NCBI RefSeq assembly: GCF_006345805.1 | Contig: NC_043000.1 | Coordinates: forward strand, 87,358,001-87,422,000 | Length of the DNA stretch: 64,000 nucleotides | Direction: 5' to 3' | Source: Octopus sinensis | Lineage: Eukaryota | In this document: positions 27,535-41,362 of the stretch, in pieces | How positions within the stretch are numbered: the stretch's first letter is position 1 | How the letters are laid out: each line of letters opens with the position of its first letter | Notes under the pieces: model-generated | Seen by the model: only the letters and a program-made list of their open reading frames with translations | Told to the model about the DNA's origin: nothing | The model's database searches: none | Program-made: the position numbers and the translations under genes

Positions 27535-27790
27535 AATAAACTATTTTTAGCTACAATAGCGACAACATGGATTTCTTCTATCTTCTTGCTCTGTTAAAGT
27601 ATTTGAGAAAAATTATATTAATGTGTCCAAATGATAAAATTTTTTATTTATTTGTGCAGCTGATGATAGCTGTGCATTTAAATTGATGTAATGATTGCAT
27701 AATTCAATTAAATGGGGCCGCTTGAAACTGTCGTATTGCATCACTTCTTGATATCCTGCTGTTTATTTTGATTTTATTCACCTTACTTCG
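27535..27790 (+). mobile_element. PLE terminal-repeat fragment, paralogue of about 3895-4110
   Basis: Shared TATTTTTAGCTACAATA...ATTTGAGAAAAATTATATTAATGTGTCC...GATATCCTG sequence. Confidence 0.8.
27654..27741 (+). ncRNA. Type I HHR with about 57-nt stem II domain
   Basis: GTGCAG-CTGATGA-...-GAAA-CTGTCG-TA-TTGCAT; stem I GUGCAG/UUGCAU, stem II includes CAUUUAAAUUGA/UCAAUUAAAUG. Confidence 0.7.
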
Positions 27791-28439
27791 AGCTGTGCGG
27801 ATAATACCGGACTGGCTTGGAGCCTCAACTTAAGTACCTGATTCAACTGAATCTCAATTATTTCATATATATACACATTCATGCATGTATATATGTATAT
27901 AAGTAATTACATATATAAGCATATACGCATGAATATTATTCAATTTCTGCTACCTTCTCTTAGGTTACAAGTAACCTGAATCTTTCTCAAGTTGTATCCG
28001 GTCAAATTTCTTTTTCTTGTTTTCTTTATTATACAATAATATACTTCTGACCTTTATGAAATCACACAACTGTGTAGCAAAAAAACCTGAACACCATATT
28101 TTATATAAAAGAACTTTATACAAGAGCTCTTTGTATTTTCCTTTTAGCAAGCTTAAATACATATTTATTCCCCTATGTGTTTCCTTGAACTTTTCCACGA
28201 TGTATAATTACGGATCCAAAGTGATTTGTTGATACTACTACAGTACACAACCGGTATGGATATTAGACGAAACAAATACGTACGTTCTTGATAATTTGAC
28301 AGAAAATCGAACATTCCATCGTACGATATTACTACCAGAAAGGAAGCGTGCAGATCCTTTTTCCAGTTCAATTATGTACATACTTAGATACACATGCATG
28401 CATACATACATATTTATATGTACATATATACACACATGC

Positions 28440-28476
<37 letters not shown>

Positions 28477-28664
28477 ATATAATATATTATATATATATAT
28501 ATACATATATATATACATATATATATATGCATGTCTGTATTAATGTATACCTATCTATCTATCTAACTATCTTTCTAAATATTATATATATTATATATAC
28601 ATACATATATACATATATACATATATACATATATATTATATATATATAATATATATATATATTA

Positions 28665-28732
<68 letters not shown>

Positions 28733-29055
28733 GTTTATACACGTACACATATATGTACATATTTATATACATACATGCAATAGTGAGACTATAGGCACTT
28801 TAATCGAATTCGTATTCAAAGAGAACCGGTCGGAAATGTAGTCAAAAATAGTAAATGAAGATGTCTTCACAACACTTCAGGTTAATGCTTTGTTCTTTAA
28901 AATATAGAACACTATGGGATCTTGCGGTGATAGAGTCGAGAAATGAGCTGATTTAGTACCTAGATACAACGTTCCTCCTCCCCACTTTCACTCTCTACCA
29001 TTATATGCGTGTGGGAGTGTGTATACGTGTTTGCGCGTGTGTATGCGTGTGTGAT

Positions 29056-29093
<38 letters not shown>

Positions 29094-29549
29094 TTAGTAG
29101 TTTTTTTGTAGTGAAGAAACTGTTGAAGCACATTTACAAGATCGCTATGCGACTTTCTTAATATTTTCTTTAAATTGGTTTAACCTACCTACCTACCTAC
29201 CTACCTACATACATACATACATACATACATATGTATATAAATATATATGTATATACATGATGTATATAGTGTATATACATATGCATACATACATGCATAT
29301 ATATACATGCATACATACATGCATACATACATATATATATAAATATATATATATATACATGATGTATATAATGTATATACATATACATACATGCATATAT
29401 ATTCATGCATACATACATATATATATTAAATATATATATATATATATATATATATACATGATGTATATAATGTATATACATATACATACATACATGCATA
29501 TATATATACATGCATACATACATGCATACATACATACATACATATATAT

Positions 29550-29593
<44 letters not shown>

Positions 29594-30294
29594 TACATAC
29601 ACATATACATATATTTATAAAATAACATGAAAATAAAATTAATATATAACAATAGGATAATAAAATATTTTGGATAGCTTGGAAGAAGTTTCATATGGTT
29701 AATGTTCTTGTGCAACGAGGCGATGAGTGCAAGAAAAGCGCGGGCAAGCAGGGAATTGATAATATTCTGGGTCAGAGCGTTTGTGTTTTTGATGGTGAAG
29801 GGCTTGGCAGGAGATAAAAGTAAAATGACTGGCAAGTAAAAGATACGTAATTAAATCGGGGGTTCCTTGGTAGGTGGTGATGTAATGCAAGGTGACTCAA
29901 AAGTCCCTTCAACTTTAATACAAACCACTTAACTGAACTCAGTTGAGGTCAGTTGAAATCCTTAATGTATTTCTCGTCTCTACTTTTCCTGTATGTCACT
30001 GACATCCTTCAACTCCTAACCACGGCTTCAGTCACTGTCTCCTCCTGCAATTATTTATCTTTATTTATTCCCAGTCTCTTCTCGATGATTATCATAGTTT
30101 AGTGTTTCCAGGATAGTTGTTCTACTGCTGTGTAGTTTATATTCTAATTCTGTGGACTAACCCAAGCATTTGAATTGGGTATATAGTATTACTATAATAG
30201 TGGGTCATTTCTTAGAACAATGGGTATTGTCCCATCTTGTGGTAATGACATTACTCTGAAATACATAATAACATTATTCTGAAATAAATGTACG

Positions 30295-31600
30295 TATGAA
30301 TGTATGTATGCATACAGGTGTTATGTGCTGTTATTCCATAGTGTTGGCATAGCTTCCAGTGCACACAGGTCCCAACTCTCTCGTGTCTGTGAATATATTC
30401 CTTCATAGCCAAGACTGGGCAACCAGAGACAATACCACACTTTCTGCAGTTACTTGGAATTCTTTTCATTACATGATTTTGGTGGGAAGTCTTTGATCTT
30501 GGACTGCAATTAAAAATCCTTCAATTTCTGCTTTTAGTCAGCTTCTCAGCTATTGCTGGGATTTTGCTTTGTCTATTTCTTTTCTGTTTAGCTTAAACCA
30601 ATATTTGCCATGAAGGGGCTTTCGTTGCCATCGTTTTATCAGGATCCGTTGTTCCAGTTTTAGTTTGGATTTCATTTGTTTTACAGCTTTTGTTGCTTCT
30701 TTTTCTTCATAGTTGTTAGATACTATGACTTCTTTTTTGTATTTGTCAGCTTCCTTAAAGGTTTTTGTTTTGTTTGTGTTTTGTGGCTATTTTTATTAGT
30801 TTTCCTTGCTTCTGAAGTAGGTATTTCTGTAGTCCTATGGTAGTTATTTTGTAATATTTTTCTAGCTGTATAAGGCCTCTATCACCTATACGTTGTATAT
30901 ATAGCCATTTTATGACAGATTTTGGGTGGTGCGTCCCAAATCGTATCATTATTTTTCTTGCTTTCTTGTCTATTTTGATTAGTTCATTTAGTGTCCAGTT
31001 AAGAATATTGTAGCTGTAACTTATAACTGAGACGGCTAGAGTGTTGATTCATATCTTGTTTTTCGCATTGAGCTCTGTTTTCAGTATTATTAACCTGACT
31101 CGTCTATAGTATTCCTTTTTTATCTTCTCTTTCATTTTTGTGTGTTGCATCGTATCTAGTTCATTCATTCCTAAGACTGTATGTCTGGTTTTGGTATAAT
31201 TCTCATATTTCATTTGCTTTTTCTATGATATTGCTATTATTAACTAGTTTTCCTCTTTTCAGGGCTGCTTTGGCACATTTTTCTAAGCAAAATTTCATAT
31301 TTCTTTCTTTGGTGAATCCATGTACTGTCTGTAGTAATGTTTCCAGCTGTTTATCATTTGTAGCGTACAGTTTTATGTCATCCACATACAAGAGATGGCT
31401 GATTTTTTTTTTGCCGTAACAGTTATATCCACATCCAGTTCTGTTTAGCGTATCAGATAAAAATGTCAGTGCCAAGTAGAAAAGGAGTACAGAGAGCGTG
31501 TCTCATTGGAACATTCCTGTTGTAATGGGGAAGGCTCTGGTTTTTATGCGACCCTGTTTTGTCTGGAACTGTAGCACTATCTGCTATTTATTCGTGGAAT
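30295..31600 (-). mobile_element. R4/Dong-like non-LTR retrotransposon fragment (RT and CCHC)
   Basis: TTGMFQ*DTLSVLLFYLAL..ISHLLYVDDIKLYA..MKFCLEKCAK; LYIQRIGDRGLIQLE; CRKC..SGCPVLAMKEYIHRHERVGTCVHWKLC. Confidence 0.88.
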
Positions 31601-31605
31601 GTTTT

Positions 31606-32079
31606 ATATTATTATTATTATTACTATTATTATTATTACTATTATTATTACTACTACTATTATTACTACTATTATTACTACTATTATTACTATTATTATT
31701 ATTATTACTATTATTATTATTATTACTATTATTATTATTACTATTATTATTATTACTATTACTATTATTATTACTATTATTATTACTACTATTATTACTA
31801 CTATTATTACTACTATTATTACTATTATTATTATTATTACTACTATTATTATTATTATTACTATTATTATTATTACTATTATTATTATTACTATTACTAT
31901 TATTATTACTATTATTATTATTATTACTATTATTATTATTATTATTACTATTATTATTACTATTACTATTATTATTATTACTCTTATTATTACTATTATT
32001 ATTATTACTATTACTATTATTATTATTATTATTACTATTATTATTATTACTATTATTATTACTATTATTATTATTACTA

Positions 32080-32110
<31 letters not shown>

Positions 32111-32125
32111 TATTATTATTATTAC

Positions 32126-32182
<57 letters not shown>

Positions 32183-32200
32183 TATTATTATTATTATTAT
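31606..32200. repeat. About 600-bp (TAT/TAC)n trinucleotide microsatellite
   Basis: Direct reading; source of the poly-L, poly-Y, poly-I and poly-N ORFs. Confidence 0.98.
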
Positions 32201-32291
32201 TCAGGAGAGCTGGCAGAATTGTTAGCACGCTCACCACCATGTGTGTATGTATCTATGCATAGACACACACACACACATATATATATACATC

Positions 32292-32323
<32 letters not shown>

Positions 32324-32479
32324 TGTATGTATGTATGTATGTATGTATGTATGGATGGATGGATGGATGGATGGATGGATGGATGGATATTTGTTCCTTC
32401 GTAAAACAAGTCAAAAGGAAAATGAGAAGGTGTTAGCAGATAGAGTGGCTATTGTTGTTGTTGTATCTTGTATTCGTTA

Positions 32480-33200
32480 AGCTTTTTTTTTCAGCTTTTC
32501 TTTTCACTCCAAAAAGGTTAGCTCCGACGATGATAGTAACGCTAGTTGGTAAGGCTCTGCTCTTCCGTTTCACACATTTGTGCCATAATTCTGGGCATTT
32601 TAGAAAGTTGACATGTGTGAAAGGGACATTCTCGTGCTCTTTTCTTGGTGCTTAGTTCCACGAAGAAAGATTCCGTTTTTAATTTCAACCACATGTCCTA
32701 CCCATCGTAGCTGGCGTTCGTCATGGTTGAGTCAAGATTTCCACTTTGGGCGTTTATCTAGGAGTGCTTTGCTGGTAACATAGCTCGCCTTTTTGATGTT
32801 TAAGGATCTTTAACATATTTTGGTGATGGACATATTTTATGTTTTCAATGTTCCGACGATAAATGAGTCTATGTCTCACAACGGTATAATTTTCAGATAA
32901 TGATTTGTTTGGGGTTTAGTCTTAAAGGCCTATTTTGACAGTTTTTCAAATATTAAATGGGCTGATCCAATTCTTTATTCCTCGTCCTTTTCAGACATAC
33001 ATTTGTTAGAAAGATTTCCAAGACTGAAAAATTGGTCTACTTCTCAGAGAGTTGTATCGGAGATAATGTTGAAATCAGGAAGGTTTCACTTCGGAGTAGT
33101 TGGACGAAGTCTTTGGTCTTCTCGTTTTTCCCTGTAAGGCCCAAGTGATCATATGTTCTATGATGTTGTTGACTGATATCTGGAGTTCATAGCTTTTTCA
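32480..33200 (-). mobile_element. Decayed RTE-clade LINE RT C-terminal fragment
   Basis: Minus-strand remnants resemble DEE*RIGSAHLIFEKL..KTK...MLKIL..PATMGRTCG (RTE thumb RI..A..F..L / LRWAGHV region); many stops. Confidence 0.5.
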
Positions 33201-33208
33201 TCTGCGCA

Positions 33209-33309
33209 TTAAAGTTCTTTGTGAGATAGACATGTGGTTATGTTCAATAACCCACAGACAAAACGATATCTGTTGTCATCATCTACATTGTCTGGAGTAA
33301 TCTCAAGAA
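33209..33309 (-). CDS. Weak candidate (terminal?) exon of an unknown host gene: LEITPDNVDDDNRYRFVCGLLNITTCLSHKEL*
   Basis: Pyrimidine tract plus TAG at 33310-33312; reading frame compatible with the upstream phase-1 exon; no clear donor site. Confidence 0.25.
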
Positions 33310-34409
33310 CTATCACGGACAAATAGGAGAACATAGATGTAAGAACACAACATTTATTTAACATATATTTAACTAGAAATTGTTCAGAAAGTTTTGCTGA
33401 TTGCAAACGAAAGAGAAACTGCAAAGAAGACAACAATGTCTGGCTCTAAGAAGAAAAGAGAAACGATATTAATGCTCTATAATTTTGAAGAAACTATATA
33501 TAACTGTGGGAATAACAAAAGAAGTAATATCTTGATGGAAATTAAATTTGTCTTCATGAATATTAAAAAAGAAATGTCAAGAAGAAACATTGATAAGAAT
33601 TATAAAGTATTAAAAGCGTTTGATGAAGTTGTTGGAAATGAAATATTTATATTGTGACAGAATATTCTAAGTATTAACTAAAGCCGTATGAATCAAACTT
33701 TGAGAAATATTAAGAATGTTTGTAGATATGGGTAGTTAGATCAGTAAATATAAACATATAAATAGGTGAATAGAAATACATTGTTCAATAAAGATGAAAG
33801 CTACGTAATCTGGTATAAAAGAATGCCATGAGGCAAAATGCAGGAACTTTCATGAAACGGTCTTATCATAGCTTCAATGAAATTTAATTAACGAAAATCA
33901 AACAAAACAAAAAAAAAGAGGAAAAAGTCCCAGACATCAAATGAAAATATGGACATAGAGAGATTACATAAATATTTTGAGAATACTGCACAGTTCAGTA
34001 AAAATTGCGTTGACGAAAAAGTGAATGATTAATTACGAAATATAACTATTAAAAGTAATAGTTGCTAAAAAAAATGTTTGGATCGGAAGTTTTAATTAGA
34101 AGAGTAAAAAGAATAGATACAGTGGATTAAGAAAGATTTTTAAAATTTGGCAATTTAATAGGTTATTACTGATGTTGAAGTCCTAATTGAATATATATGG
34201 AGCCCACTGGACAAATGTTAATCGGCTGTGTTGAATAAATTATTGACTAAATAGAATCTTTTAAAAATGAACCTGAACCACTAATGAGATGCAGAACGAT
34301 CCTGAAAAAGAACAACATCAATGCAAAAACAGGTATTATCTTCTAGGATGGCATGCTGTAGAGTATATCGAAGCAGTCTTTTCTATGTGAAACACAGAAA
34401 ATACAAATA

Positions 34410-34535
34410 CATTAGAAACTTAACATATACGACCGTTACACACATAGTTTCTTGGAGGGATCGATCGATAGTTTGTTCTTGTGAAATTTCGAACATAATT
34501 AACTAATATTGTTGATAGATTACTAGCTGGTTAAT

Positions 34536-34566
<31 letters not shown>

Positions 34567-34844
34567 TCTCTCTCTTTCTCTCTCTCTCTCCCCCTCTCTC
34601 TCATACACGCGCACACACACATTCCGTATTGCATTTTGCTATCTTTTAAGACAGTATGTATCTATAATATTTTAAGGCAAAAAAATCACTTTATCTCTGA
34701 AAAAAGATGAGATAAAATTGGAGGGAATTAAATCTGTCTTAAAAGATAGCAAAATGCAATACGGAATGTGTGTGTGCGCGTGTATGAGAGAGAGGGGGAG
34801 AGAGAGAGAGAAAGAGAGAGAGACGTGTGTGTGTGTGTGTGTGT

Positions 34845-34881
<37 letters not shown>

Positions 34882-35124
34882 TAACCAGCTAGTAATCTAT
34901 CAACAATATTAGTTAATTATGTTCGAAATTTCACAAGAACAAACTATCGATCGATCCCTCCAAGAAACCATGTGTGTAACGGTCGTATATGTAAGAAACA
35001 TTAGAAACTTAACATATACGACCGTTACACACATGGTTTCTTGGAGGGATCGATCGATAGTTTGTTCTTGTGAAATTTCGAACATAATTAACTAATATTG
35101 TTGATAGATTACTAGCTGGTTAAT

Positions 35125-35155
<31 letters not shown>

Positions 35156-35326
35156 TCTCTCTCTTTCTCTCTCTCTCTCCCCCTCTCTCTCATACACGCG
35201 CACACACACATTCCGTATTGCATTTTGCTATCTTTTAAGACAGATTTAATTCCCTCCAATTTTATCTCATCTTTTTTCAGAGATAAAGTGATTTTTTTGC
35301 CTTAAAATATTATAGATACATACTGT
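34410..35326. repeat. Inverted triplication A-(AB)inv-AB
   Basis: A = 34410-34654; B' = 34655-34733; A' = 34734-34995; A = about 34999-35243; B = 35244-35326. Copies are near-identical. Confidence 0.9.
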
Positions 35327-35624
35327 ATTTTTGATGTATTTTCAAGTTCTCAATTAATGTTAATATCGTGTATCTCCTCCTGAAATATTCCGCAAATCTA
35401 GTAAATCTAACTGAGGTTTACTTTGAATGAATAATTATAGTAAATGATAAATTGTTTGTTATTTATGCTACGTATAATATCAGCTACAACAGAGGTAGTG
35501 GAATAATGACAACTTAACGGAGTGTGAGTTAAAAGTCTTCGTATACTTGCTAGATGTGAGAAAGTGCTTCATTAAAGCTGCAGAAAACTTTAGTAGTCTA
35601 TTCTATATATTGAGGGCGAAAGAT

Positions 35625-36430
35625 ATACGGAATCAGATTACCTTCCTTTGTCTAGCATTCTTGCTTGCCCTAGGAGATGTCTTGGATTTAGGGTTTTGGG
35701 TGGTGGGCCTGAATACGTCCCAAGTGAATAAGTAAACCGGGTGTGTCCTTATTAGCCAATTCAGTATTGCACTTATTAGTAGGTATATGAAAGTTGCGGG
35801 GTGGGGTGGGGGCTTTTCATAGGTTCCTAAAATTAGGCGTATACCAGGAGGGTTTATGAAGATTGGAATAGGTATAAGTGGTATTTCGGCCGAGTACAAC
35901 TGAGGAAGAAGTACTTGAATTTGCTTAGTTAAAGACTGCGGAGGCCGGGTCCCGTGACCAGGAGACCAGTCTTCGGGGGCCAGTAATTGGTATTCCGTGC
36001 TGAAAAGCCAGGGTTATTTCAAATGGGTATATATTTGATTTTATCAGTGTACTCAGCACTTTTAAGCGCATTGAGTGTAGTAGTCTGCAGTAGATTTGCC
36101 CGGGACCTAAACTTGTGAAAATTTAGCAAGGCTGTTATCTTTAGTTTTGGTAGTCAGTTCCTGATCGAAGAAGTAAACCCTCCATCTCATGTTTTGTATG
36201 AGTTCATTTGTGCTGTGAATGGTTGGATTCATGCACTCTCTTTTTCCCGGCAATGGGACATCATTTAGCGACAAATTTATTTTCAACTTTTCCCTCCTGT
36301 ATACCGTTAGCGTCCCCAGATAGTAGGGACAAAATAGGAATAATATAGTGTATCCATCTGGGTATTTTGTCTCTTTTTCTTTTTCTTTTTCACCTTGCCC
36401 CCTATTTCTTCTTGCCTGTTTCTTCCCCAT
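35625..36430 (-). mobile_element. Penelope-type PLE ORF N-terminal fragment
   Basis: LSLNDVPLPGKRECMNPTIHSTNELIQNMRWRVYFFD matches the PLE N-terminal YSLKNIP...FIKRMRWKAFFF motif. Confidence 0.7.
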
Positions 36431-37371
36431 TTGAGCTTTCGTTACTCCTATTTTTCTATCCTAAGTCAGAAACATCCCAGTTTTCGGCGCACCGACTGCC
36501 CATTATTGATACCACATATACCTTAATGATATTATAATCTGCTGCAGCCACTATATTAATTACAATATGCTGATAGTGAAAATTAAACTGCACCATGTCT
36601 GTCTCGTTAAGGTGATCGGTGTGTTGGGTTGGGCATGTCATTAGTTCTTTACCAGTTCCAATCTCCACTCTTACATTTAAAATTATTTACGCCAGTCTGG
36701 TTTTCTTTTGCATCTTGCGTGACAGCGTGCTATTTTTAATTAAACAGTGGTATGCACCTAATGAAAAATTACCTCAGAAGGTTACAAGACATTCATAATG
36801 TTACGTAAGATACACTTGATGTGCTTTGGAGACAGCTGTAGCAGTTTAGTTGACTACCTCTTCTATCTCTTTTATTTACAGATTTGTTTATTGCATGTTA
36901 AGCAATGTTTGTTGCATTCGAAATGGAGATGTATAGCACCTGTCATCTTATCGGAATTTTATGTCTAATCCTGATATGGAACGAACTGTATTTGATACAT
37001 TGATTAATAAATCTTATTGATCAATTATCGAGTGATCTGTATCTTTTATACAAGCTGTGTTTATGCAAGGGACTAACTAACTGCGTAAATTTCGCTTAGA
37101 TTTACCAGATTAATGGGATAATAAATCTCAAGAGGAGATACACGATATTAACATTAATTGAGAACATGAAAATACAACAAAATTATCAGATGTATCAGTA
37201 ATATTTTAAAGTAACAAAATCACTCCAACTCCGAAAGGGAGAGATAAAATTGGAGGGAATTAAATTCGATTTAAAAGATAAAAAAATGCAAAACGGAATA
37301 TAGCAATTAGTTCAGTAATGAATTGATTGGAAATAACAGAAAATATGAACAAAGGATGAGATGATACTCAC

Positions 37372-37461
37372 TGAAATCCAACGTTGTGGTAAAGGTCTTT
37401 AAAGATGCTCTTTCGTTCAATTCAGAGCATAGAAATATAAGAGGTTTACAAATGTTAACAA
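37372..37461 (-). CDS. Candidate 90-nt phase 1-1 exon of an unknown host gene (VNICKPLIFLCSELNERASLKTFTTTLDF)
   Basis: Acceptor ACTTTATTTAACTTCTTTTTCTTACAG, donor GTGAGT, a single open frame, unique sequence context. Confidence 0.5.
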
Positions 37462-38302
37462 CTGTAAGAAAAAGAAGTTAAATAAAGTCATTGTAAATAC
37501 AGTGTCTCCAAATGGTGGGACATCATTTATCAGTAGTTTAAAAGATCTGGTTACTAGTTTATGCTTGTTCCAATCCTAGCTACTTTCGTTAAAAATGTGT
37601 ACCATCATTGTACATGCTCGCATAAAAGTACTCATAGGTACATATAATATGCCAGGAATTGTTTTAGATATGCAACTTTGAAAGCAGTGCTTTAAGATAT
37701 AATCAAATCAAAATGGTTTATTTAAGAAACTTGGAAAATTAATTTTAAGTGACCAAAAATATAATTTTCGTTCCATATGTTAGATGAAATTTCGAACTTG
37801 AAGTTTGTTATTAAATTACATTTGTATTATGCAGTCATGCTATTTTATATATCCTATTACATTAATAGCTAATGGATTACTGCGGTTGGTAGCGCAGTAA
37901 ATGTATTTGTACAATCTATTAGTAAGTACGAGAGTTTGTTTTCTTGCTGTTGTTTAAACACAACTGCCCTTTCCTTCTTATTAGTTTGTTATCATCGCAT
38001 CATTAATGTAGTTACATTATCAACACATCAGGACATTAATGCATACATGATTAATCCACCTAAATTTAACAAAAGATCACCAATCACTTTAATGCGGAGA
38101 CATGTACAACAAATGTGAAATAAATGAATAAATTGTTATAAAAGAATCTTCAGGCAAAATAATGATGTTACTCGACCTTTTATCAAAGGTCATTTAGTTA
38201 TCCAAGAAAACATTTATTTTCCTACTGTATTTCTGCTTTGCAAAGAAAGGAACGTACGCATATTTGTATGCATGTTATATATACAGATCTATATATACAT
38301 AC

Positions 38303-38341
<39 letters not shown>

Positions 38342-38402
38342 ATCTATCTATCTATCTACCTATCTATTTATCTATCGCTGTGTGTGTATGTATGTATGTA
38401 TG

Positions 38403-38460
<58 letters not shown>

Positions 38461-38478
38461 ATATATATATGTATAAAC

Positions 38479-38552
<74 letters not shown>

Positions 38553-38561
38553 AAACATATG

Positions 38562-38614
<53 letters not shown>

Positions 38615-39073
38615 GTATATAGACATGTATATATATGTGTATATAGCAAATGTATATAGAATATTGCCAAACGAGCCCAAATACTTTGCGATGTTCTTGT
38701 ATGGCTGCAGTCAAATTACTGTAAAAGGAAAAAAAAAAAATTCAACTATGAAAGGCGAAAGAAAAATAGTTTATAAGAATTCTGAATCCGATACTAAAAC
38801 GGAAATAGTTAAACTACTACTAAAATCTACTTACTCTCTACACTTTACCTCGTAACATGTGTGTTTTGAAAAGACGCAAACCTTGAAAGCTTTTACACGT
38901 AACGGAAATTTCCTTCTAAAAGATTTTCCTCATACTGTTTCTTTGAGAATTTTTTATATAGTCAATAATCATTAATTTAAGACAATCTAAAAGTTTACCA
39001 TATCAAGAATTCTTTCTAAAATATTACTCCTCTTACAGAGTTTGACAACCTGTTGCACTTAACCTAAGATCTA

Positions 39074-39570
39074 TCATGGCGTCTGATGTAGCTTTTTTAA
39101 ACCAGATAATGTTTTGAAAAGGCATCCACATAAATTGCATATCTGCTTTGAACCACCAAGAGCTGCCGTTAAGTTCTGATCTTTGTGGATCTGAAAATGT
39201 CCTTTGAGGTCTCCGTTAGATTTGCAGACCTTATGGCATGCACGGCATTGACAGGTATGGACAGATTGAGAGGCAGAATAATTAGCGGAGGTTCGTTTTC
39301 CATGGGTCAGCAAAAGAAAGGCATGGTCTATCAAATTTTGTACACAAAAGATTATTGGAGTTCATTTTCTCCTTGATCGTAGCATTTTTGTTTAAATTAT
39401 TTTGAATTCGCACAAGTCATCCTGGGTTTTTTAAAAGCTTTCAGTCCACTCCACACTTTTGTTCGTCATCCAGCTCGATCCGAAGCAAGGGCTTCTATGG
39501 CCTTTCGATCCATTCCAAGTGACTTCATGTTAGTCCTTACACACTCCTTAAAACTATTTTTAGGTTTAAC
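39074..39570 (-). mobile_element. RTE-clade LINE 3' end with two C2H2 zinc-finger-like motifs
   Basis: SFKECVRTNMKSLGMDRKAIEALASDRAG(W), followed by CRACHKVCKSNGDLKGHFQIH and CNLCGCLFKTLSGLK. Confidence 0.65.
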
Positions 39571-39659
39571 TATACATACATATATACATACACACACACA
39601 TGCATACATACAATACATACATACATACATACATACATACATACATACATACACATAAA

Positions 39660-40920
39660 ACTGGCCCACAATGTGTTTGGAGTGCCAGTACTCATAGCAA
39701 CATTTGGGCTGCTTGGTTGGTCACTTCATGAAATCCGAGCCATTGATGTGAAAATCCGAAAAATACTAGCAAGCACACATAATTTCTACATAAACATTTG
39801 ACGTTAGACCGCCTACCTAAAAAAAAAAAACAATGTGGCAGAGGCTTAACATCACCTTTGAATATCCCTTCGGCAACATCTTTTAACCACTAAGTGTCGG
39901 AGTGCATCCCTTGACCAAGTTTGCATACATGAGGCTGATAACATCATAAGATTTGGAAGGCATCTCCTTGAGTAACATTCCTTGTCTGATAACCTAGAAT
40001 ACATGCCCAGAGAAGTCGCACGACTCTACCGCAACGTATCATCAGATGAAAGGATGAGCATATATAAGCAGAAGACTATGCATAGATATGTTAGTAGAAA
40101 GCTCCAAGATGATAGTAACATTGATAATCAAAGCAGTCTATCATGGACCAATAGCCAGATTGCTGCCTCCCACTTTGAAGGGTATGCGTTTGCAATCCAG
40201 GAACAGGAAATATCAGCCAAATATCTGAAGCACAAAAGGGAAAGACATGCAGGAAAAGCAGTGAAATGTGACAACCGATGCAAACTTTGTATAGTTAACA
40301 TTGAAAATATAACCAACATCATAAGTAGTTGTGCAAAAATGTCATCACGGTATTATCTACCGATGAGACATGATGCTGTAGCTAGGATACTCTATAATGA
40401 AATCCGTCGGAAGGATTACCCCGAGGACAAAGAAATAAGAATCCACAGTATGGTAGAAGCCATAGCCACTCATAATAAAAAGGAATACTGGTGGAATGTC
40501 CCAGTAAAAACCTCAATAAAATGTAAGTGTAACAGACCTGATATAATGATTTGGGATAGAGAAGAGAAACTGTGTACAGGTATGGAAATTAGCTGCTCAG
40601 CGGATGTTAACATGAAACTGAAGATCAGTGAAAAAGAGAATATCAACGCTGAAATATTGAGAAATCTGCAGTTTCTCTATCCAGATTGCAAGTTCAAGTT
40701 TATACATGTAATTATTGGGGTCCGGGGATATGTAACACACTGCTCAAATACTAATCTTGAGAAATTAGGCTTCTCAAAACCAGAAAGAAGAAAGCTAATT
40801 CGAAGACTACAGTTCCAATTCTTCACTGGAACTATAAAAATCTGTAAAACTTTCCAGAAGTTTATCATTTTTATGAGCATGTCTAGATATGCAACTATAT
40901 GCATGAGAATATATACATAA
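39660..40920 (+). mobile_element. R4/Dong-like retrotransposon 3' part with CCHC and restriction-like endonuclease (ORF 39982-40920)
   Basis: EGYAFAIQEQEI; CKLCIVNIENITNIISSC; RHDAV; WWNVPVKT; NRPDIMIWD; EISC; KISEKE; VIIGVRG. Confidence 0.92.
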
Positions 40921-41362
40921 AACATATAAATCTGCACATATACATACATACAAACAAAAATACCCTGTCGTTGATGTTGAAATTTCAATGAAGCAGCTTT
41001 GGATTTAAGTTAGAAACCGGCTCTTTCTCTATTGGCGAGAAATCTTGAAATAAAACTGAATAACGACATACATATACATACGTACACACACACATCCACA
41101 CGCACGCACGCATACAACACACACACATATATATGCATATATGTATGAATATATAAAACGATAAAATGTAGAACATTTACAGCTGTAACAGATAAAGTAA
41201 CATCAATAATGGCAACAGTTATAAGAATCATATGACTGAGAGAATATTTTTCAACGGACGCTCGTGCAAAGGATGAGAAGATGTTTACATAGGTATTAGA
41301 ATTAGCAGAATAACTTCGACCAATCAAAGTTATCCAAGAAATTAACACACACACACACTCAC

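Noticed and set aside
33394-33657. 87-aa plus-strand ORF (MLIANERE...)
   Set aside because: No recognisable motif or splice context; compatible with chance in AT-rich DNA.
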